NCBI GenBank assembly: GCA_963720755.1
Contig: CAVRGP010000011.1
Span: forward strand, 672,001-736,000
Length of the DNA: 64,000 nucleotides
Origin: an uncultured Chloroflexia bacterium
GTDB taxonomy: Bacteria; Chloroflexota; Limnocylindria; Limnocylindrales; CSP1-4
Reading direction: 5' to 3'
The notes under the pieces were generated by a model. The model made no database searches, was not told where the DNA came from, and was given only the letters and a program-made list of their open reading frames with translations. Each line of letters begins with the position of its first letter. Within the stretch, counting starts at the first letter, position 1. Below are positions 59,522 to 64,000 of the stretch, piece after piece. Both the position numbers and the translations under genes were made by a program.

Positions 59522-61809
59522 GCGTCGCCGCGGCCTCGACCGAACCGCTCCATCGCCGGCTCGGCGTCACCGACGACGAGCTGGAGGCGATCAGGTCGCG
59601 CCTTGGAGGGCGAGAGCCGAACGATCTTGAACTGGCGATGTTCAGCGTGATGTGGAGCGAGCACTGCTCGTACAAGAGCTCGAAGCCGCTGCTCCGGACG
59701 CTCCCGATCGCGGGCGAGGGCGTCGTCGCCGGTCCGGGTGAGAATGCCGGGGTCATCTCGATCGGTGACGGCCTGGCGGTCGCCTTCAAGATCGAGTCGC
59801 ACAACCATCCATCGGCGGTCGAGCCGTACCAGGGTGCGGCGACCGGCGTGGGCGGGATCCTGCGCGACATCTTCACGATGGGCGCCCGGCCGATCGCGGT
59901 GCTCGACGCCTTGCGGTTCGGTGACCCCGCGGACTTGCGGACGCGCCACCTCGTGGACGGGATCGTGCGCGGCGTCGGCGGCTACGGCAACTGCGTGGGC
60001 GTCCCCACCGTGGGTGGCGAGCTCGTGTTCGATCCGGGCTACCAGGGCAACCCGCTGGTCAACGTCATGGCCATCGGCCTGCTCGAGGAGCGCCGGTTGA
60101 CGCTCGCGTCGGCCCCGGGACCGGGCAACCTCGTCGTCCTGTTCGGGTCCGCGACCGGTCGCGATGGGATCGGTGGGGCATCGGTGCTGGCCAGTGCCAC
60201 GTTCACCGACGACGACCCGTCGAAGCGGCCGTCCGTCCAGGTCGGGGACCCGTTCGCGGAGAAGCTCCTCATCGAGGCGAGCCTGGAACTCATCGACCGA
60301 GGCCTGGTCGAGGGCCTCCAGGATCTCGGTGCCGGTGGGATCACCTGTGCGACGTCGGAGACGGCGGATCGGGCTGGGACGGGGATCCTGGTCGACCTGG
60401 ACGCCATCCCGCGTCGCGAGCCGGGTCTTGAACCCTTCGAGGTCATGATCTCCGAGTCGCAGGAACGGATGTGCGCGGCGGTCCTGCCGGAACACTGGGC
60501 GGCGGTGCAGGAGGTCTGCCAGCGCTGGGGTCTGCCCGTCGCGGTCATCGGCCGGGTGACCGACGACGGCGACATCGCCATCGTCGAAGCAGATCGGGAG
60601 ATCGCCCGTGTCCCCGCCCGAGCCCTGACCAGTGACGCCATCGTCCACGACCGCCTCGCCCTCGCTCCGACCCATCGACGGGAAGCGCCGGCCCCGGGTG
60701 CTCCGGCCACCGTCAGCGACCGACTACCGGAGCGCGGCACGGATCCCGGTGCCGTCCTGCTGGCCCTGCTCGGCTCCGCCAACCTGTCGTCGCGTCATCA
60801 GGTCTTCCAGCAATACGACTCGACCGTCGGGGCCGACACCGTCGTCGGGCCTGGTCGCGGCGCGGCCGTCCTTCGGGTGCCCGGGACGCCGAAGGCCCTC
60901 GTCGCGACGACGGACGGCGATCATGCGGTCGGCCGGCTCGATCCATGGCTTGGCGCCGCCCTGGCGGTCGCCGAGGCGACTCGGAACGTCTCGATCACGG
61001 GCGCCCGGCCGCTCGGCGTGACGAATTGCCTGAACTACGGGGATCCAACCCGGCCAGAGGCGTTCTGGCAACTTCAGGAGGGGGTTCGAGGCCTCGCAGA
61101 CGCCTGTCTCGCCCTCGGATTGCCGGTCACCGGCGGGAACGTTTCGCTCTACAACGAGTCGCCGACGACCGCCATCGCGCCGACACCCGAGATCGGGGTC
61201 GTGGGTCTCCTCGACGACGTCAGCACCCTGGTCGGCCCGGCGTTCGTGGCCGCCGGCGATGCGATCGTCCTCGTGGGCGAGGTCGGGCCCGGACTGGCTG
61301 GGTCGGCGTATGCGGGATTGGCCGGCGGATCGGTGGACGATGCACCGCCGAATCTTGACCTTGACCGCGAGGTGGCCATCCAGGCGTTCGTGCGCGAGGC
61401 CATCGCTCGCGGGTTGGTCGCGTCGGCCCAGGACATCTCCGGCGGCGGTTTCGGGGTGGCGCTCGCGGAGGGTGCGATCTGGAGCGGTCTCGGGGCCTCG
61501 GTCCGCCTGCCGATCATCCACTCGCCGGCGGTGGACCTGTTCGGGGAGAGCCCGTCACGGCTCATCGTGTCGTGTCGCCCGCGGTATGTCGCGGCGCTCG
61601 AGCTCCTCGCGCGCCACCATGGACTCCCGGTCGAAGCCATCGGCACGGTCGGCGGCGATCGCCTCGTCGTCGAGCTGACGATGGCCGGAGCGACCGGCGC
61701 GGCGGAAGAGCGCGGTGGCCGGGTCGCCGACGCGCTGGAGGTCGCGGTCAAGGACCTCGCCCATGTCTGGGAGCACGGGCTGGCCCGCGCGCTCGGCTGG
61801 GAGGGCTGA
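59518..61809 (+). CDS. purL: FGAM synthase subunit PurL (small type)
   Basis: [22 protein letters not shown] and GGNVSLYN motifs. Confidence 0.97.
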   Translation: MSVAAASTEPLHRRLGVTDDELEAIRSRLGGREPNDLELAMFSVMWSEHCSYKSSKPLLRTLPIAGEGVVAGPGENAGVISIGDGLAVAFKIESHNHPSAVEPYQGAATGVGGILRDIFTMGARPIAVLDALRFGDPADLRTRHLVDGIVRGVGGYGNCVGVPTVGGELVFDPGYQGNPLVNVMAIGLLEERRLTLASAPGPGNLVVLFGSATGRDGIGGASVLASATFTDDDPSKRPSVQVGDPFAEKLLIEASLELIDRGLVEGLQDLGAGGITCATSETADRAGTGILVDLDAIPRREPGLEPFEVMISESQERMCAAVLPEHWAAVQEVCQRWGLPVAVIGRVTDDGDIAIVEADREIARVPARALTSDAIVHDRLALAPTHRREAPAPGAPATVSDRLPERGTDPGAVLLALLGSANLSSRHQVFQQYDSTVGADTVVGPGRGAAVLRVPGTPKALVATTDGDHAVGRLDPWLGAALAVAEATRNVSITGARPLGVTNCLNYGDPTRPEAFWQLQEGVRGLADACLALGLPVTGGNVSLYNESPTTAIAPTPEIGVVGLLDDVSTLVGPAFVAAGDAIVLVGEVGPGLAGSAYAGLAGGSVDDAPPNLDLDREVAIQAFVREAIARGLVASAQDISGGGFGVALAEGAIWSGLGASVRLPIIHSPAVDLFGESPSRLIVSCRPRYVAALELLARHHGLPVEAIGTVGGDRLVVELTMAGATGAAEERGGRVADALEVAVKDLAHVWEHGLARALGWEG

Positions 61810-61812
61810 CCG

Positions 61813-63264
61813 ATGTGCGGCGTGTTCGGGGTCGTCCTGCCGAACGGTGAACCGACAGAGGCCGCGTCCCTCGCCGCCCTGGGCCTGTTCGCGCTGCAGC
61901 ACCGCGGCCAGGAGTCGGCCGGGCTTGCGGTCAGCGACGGCGATCAGTTGATGCTCTACAAGGACCTCGGGATGATCAGCTCCGTCCTCGATGAGCGTCG
62001 GCTGCCGAGCCTCCGGGGTCAGATCGCGATCGCTCATTGCCGCTATTCCACGACCGGCTCGACGGTCTGGGAGAACGCGCAGCCGACCTATCGGTTGGGA
62101 CCACGGCGAGCCCTGGCGATCGGACACAACGGGAACCTGGTGAACACCCGGGAACTGCTCGACCAGCTCACCGGGGGCCGGGCGCGCCTGCCCGCGTCGA
62201 CGGACACGGAACTGCTGACCGCCCTCCTCGCCGACGAACCGGCGGCCGACACCGTCGAAGCGCTGACGCGCGTCCTTCCTCGGGTCCGCGGCGCATACAG
62301 CCTGGTGGTGCTCGACGAACGACGGGTCATCGGGGTTCGCGATCCGTTCGGGTTCCGTCCACTCGTCTTGGGCCGATTGCCGGCGTCGGGCACATCGGAC
62401 GACGGATTGTGGCTGGGCGATGACGCGTCGGTCGGCTGGTGCCTGTCGTCAGAGACCGCGGCGCTCGACATCATCGGGGCCGACTACGTCCGCGACGTCC
62501 AACCGGGCGAGATGATCATCCTTGAGGCGGGTCAAGCTCCACGCTCCGTCCGGTTCGCCACCGCGACGCCGGCATTGTGCGTGTTCGAGCTCATCTATTT
62601 CGCCCGACCCGACTCCTACATGGAGGGCCGAAACCTGTACGAGGCCCGGCGCCTGATGGGGATGCAGCTTGCCGCCGAGCATCCCGTCGACGCGGACCTC
62701 GTCATGCCGGTGCCCGACACGGGGGCCCCGGCCGCGGCAGGCTTTGCGGAAGCGTCCGGCCAGCCCTACCGCGAGGGGATGTACCGCAACCGGTATGCGG
62801 GACGAACCTTCATCCAACCATCCGCCGGACTGCGCCATCGCGGGGTCACGATCAAGCTCAACCCGCTCCGCGAGGTCGTCAGCGGCAAGCGCCTGATCGT
62901 CGTGGACGATTCGATCGTTCGCGGGACGACGACGAAGCGGATCGTCGAACTCCTGCGCCGGGCCGGTGCGACCGAGGTCCACGTTCGGATCAGCGCTCCG
63001 CCCATCTTCCATCCATGTTTCTACGGGATCGATACCCAGATCGAGACCGAGCTCATCGCGTCGACCCATACCGAGCCTGAGATCCAGGCCTTCATCGGCG
63101 CCGATTCGTTGGGCTACCTGTCGATCCGCGGCGTGCTCGCTGCGCTCGACCTGCCCTACGAGCGCTTCTGTTTCGCCTGTTTCGACGGCCACTATCCGGA
63201 GCCCGTTCCGTATGACGCGGCCAGCCGGAAATTCATGCTCGAGGAGGCGGTGGTCGGTCGATGA
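61813..63264 (+). CDS. purF: Amidophosphoribosyltransferase ([4Fe-4S] type)
   Basis: MCG N-terminus, LQHRGQ, HNGNL, VDDSIVRGTT, and Fe-S Cys in CVFE, PCFYG and FCFAC. Confidence 0.97.
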   Translation: MCGVFGVVLPNGEPTEAASLAALGLFALQHRGQESAGLAVSDGDQLMLYKDLGMISSVLDERRLPSLRGQIAIAHCRYSTTGSTVWENAQPTYRLGPRRALAIGHNGNLVNTRELLDQLTGGRARLPASTDTELLTALLADEPAADTVEALTRVLPRVRGAYSLVVLDERRVIGVRDPFGFRPLVLGRLPASGTSDDGLWLGDDASVGWCLSSETAALDIIGADYVRDVQPGEMIILEAGQAPRSVRFATATPALCVFELIYFARPDSYMEGRNLYEARRLMGMQLAAEHPVDADLVMPVPDTGAPAAAGFAEASGQPYREGMYRNRYAGRTFIQPSAGLRHRGVTIKLNPLREVVSGKRLIVVDDSIVRGTTTKRIVELLRRAGATEVHVRISAPPIFHPCFYGIDTQIETELIASTHTEPEIQAFIGADSLGYLSIRGVLAALDLPYERFCFACFDGHYPEPVPYDAASRKFMLEEAVVGR

Positions 63265-64000
63265 CCCGGTCGGGCGCCAAGGGCGCGGCCGGACGCGATC
63301 GATACCGTGCTGCCGGGGTCGACGTCGCTGCCGGGGAACGGGCGGTCGACCTGATGCGGGCGCACGTCGAGTCGACCCGCCGCCCCGAAGTGGTCGGCGG
63401 CCTTGGCGGCTTTGGGGGCGCGTTCACGATCCCCGCGGGGTATCGCGTGCCGCTGCTCGTGGCATCGACCGACGGCGTCGGGACGAAGACCGCGATCGCC
63501 GCGTCGCTTGCGCAATTCGACACGATCGGGATCGATCTCGTGGCGATGTGCGCGGACGACGTCGTGTGCTGCGGGGCGGAGCCGCTCGCGTTCCTCGATT
63601 ATGTCGCGGTGGGTCGGGTGACGCCGGAATGGGTCGCCGGTCTCGTCGATGGGGTCGCCGCCGGTTGCCGGGCGGCCGGCTGCGCACTCGTGGGCGGCGA
63701 AACGGCCGAACATCCTGACCTGATGGCGCCCGAAGCCTATGACCTGTCCGGATGTTGTATCGGCGTGGTCGAGCGCGACGACGTGATCGATGGACGGACC
63801 GTCGGAGCGGGCGACGCCATCGTCGGTCTCGCGGCATCGGGACTGCACGCCAACGGCTACTCGCTCGTCCGTGCGCTGATCGCGAGCTGGGACCTGGACC
63901 TGACCGAGCCGTACCAGGAGCGGTTGCGTCGGTCGCTGGGCGACGCTGCAGCTGACCGGGCGCTCGCCGACGCCCCGGCCGAGGCGATGGCGACGCTCGG
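63261..64000 (+). CDS. purM: AIR synthase PurM (runs off the window end)
   Basis: YRAAGVD, GLGGFGG, STDGVGTK, GGETAE and SGLHANG motifs. Confidence 0.95.
   Translation, partial: MTRSGAKGAAGRDRYRAAGVDVAAGERAVDLMRAHVESTRRPEVVGGLGGFGGAFTIPAGYRVPLLVASTDGVGTKTAIAASLAQFDTIGIDLVAMCADDVVCCGAEPLAFLDYVAVGRVTPEWVAGLVDGVAAGCRAAGCALVGGETAEHPDLMAPEAYDLSGCCIGVVERDDVIDGRTVGAGDAIVGLAASGLHANGYSLVRALIASWDLDLTEPYQERLRRSLGDAAADRALADAPAEAMATL

Overview
High-GC bacterial chromosomal window, mostly housekeeping genes. The gene style and the monoderm-type dcw layout suggest Chloroflexota, possibly Limnocylindria/Ellin6529; this is an impression, not a database result. In order: a partial LysM gene; a dcw cluster (mraZ-rsmH-small ORF-ftsL-ftsI-murF-mraY-murD-ftsW-murG-murB-ddl-ftsQ-DUF1290-ftsA-ftsZ-yggS-yggT-yggU, lacking murE and murC); tRNA-Val(CAC); a small accessory block (DinB, FAD oxidoreductase, beta-propeller lipoprotein, MocR regulator); acnA; a DUF2520 oxidoreductase, a basic orphan and a NUDIX gene; gcvT-H-PA-PB; two tandem peptide ABC operons plus a third binding protein; a split glutaminase + NadE pair; rsmI; ssb; a HAMP-GGDEF-HD-GYP protein; and the purA-D-B-C-S-Q-L-F-M operon. 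The most notable observations are: (1) a circularly permuted family-5 ABC substrate-binding lipoprotein; (2) a ~190-nt structured purA leader with a PyrR-type loop, alternative pairings and an intrinsic terminator; (3) a 65-aa orphan between rsmH and ftsL; (4) recurring leaderless gene starts, including a short upstream ORF coupled to the DUF2520 gene. No mobile element, prophage or CRISPR array was seen.
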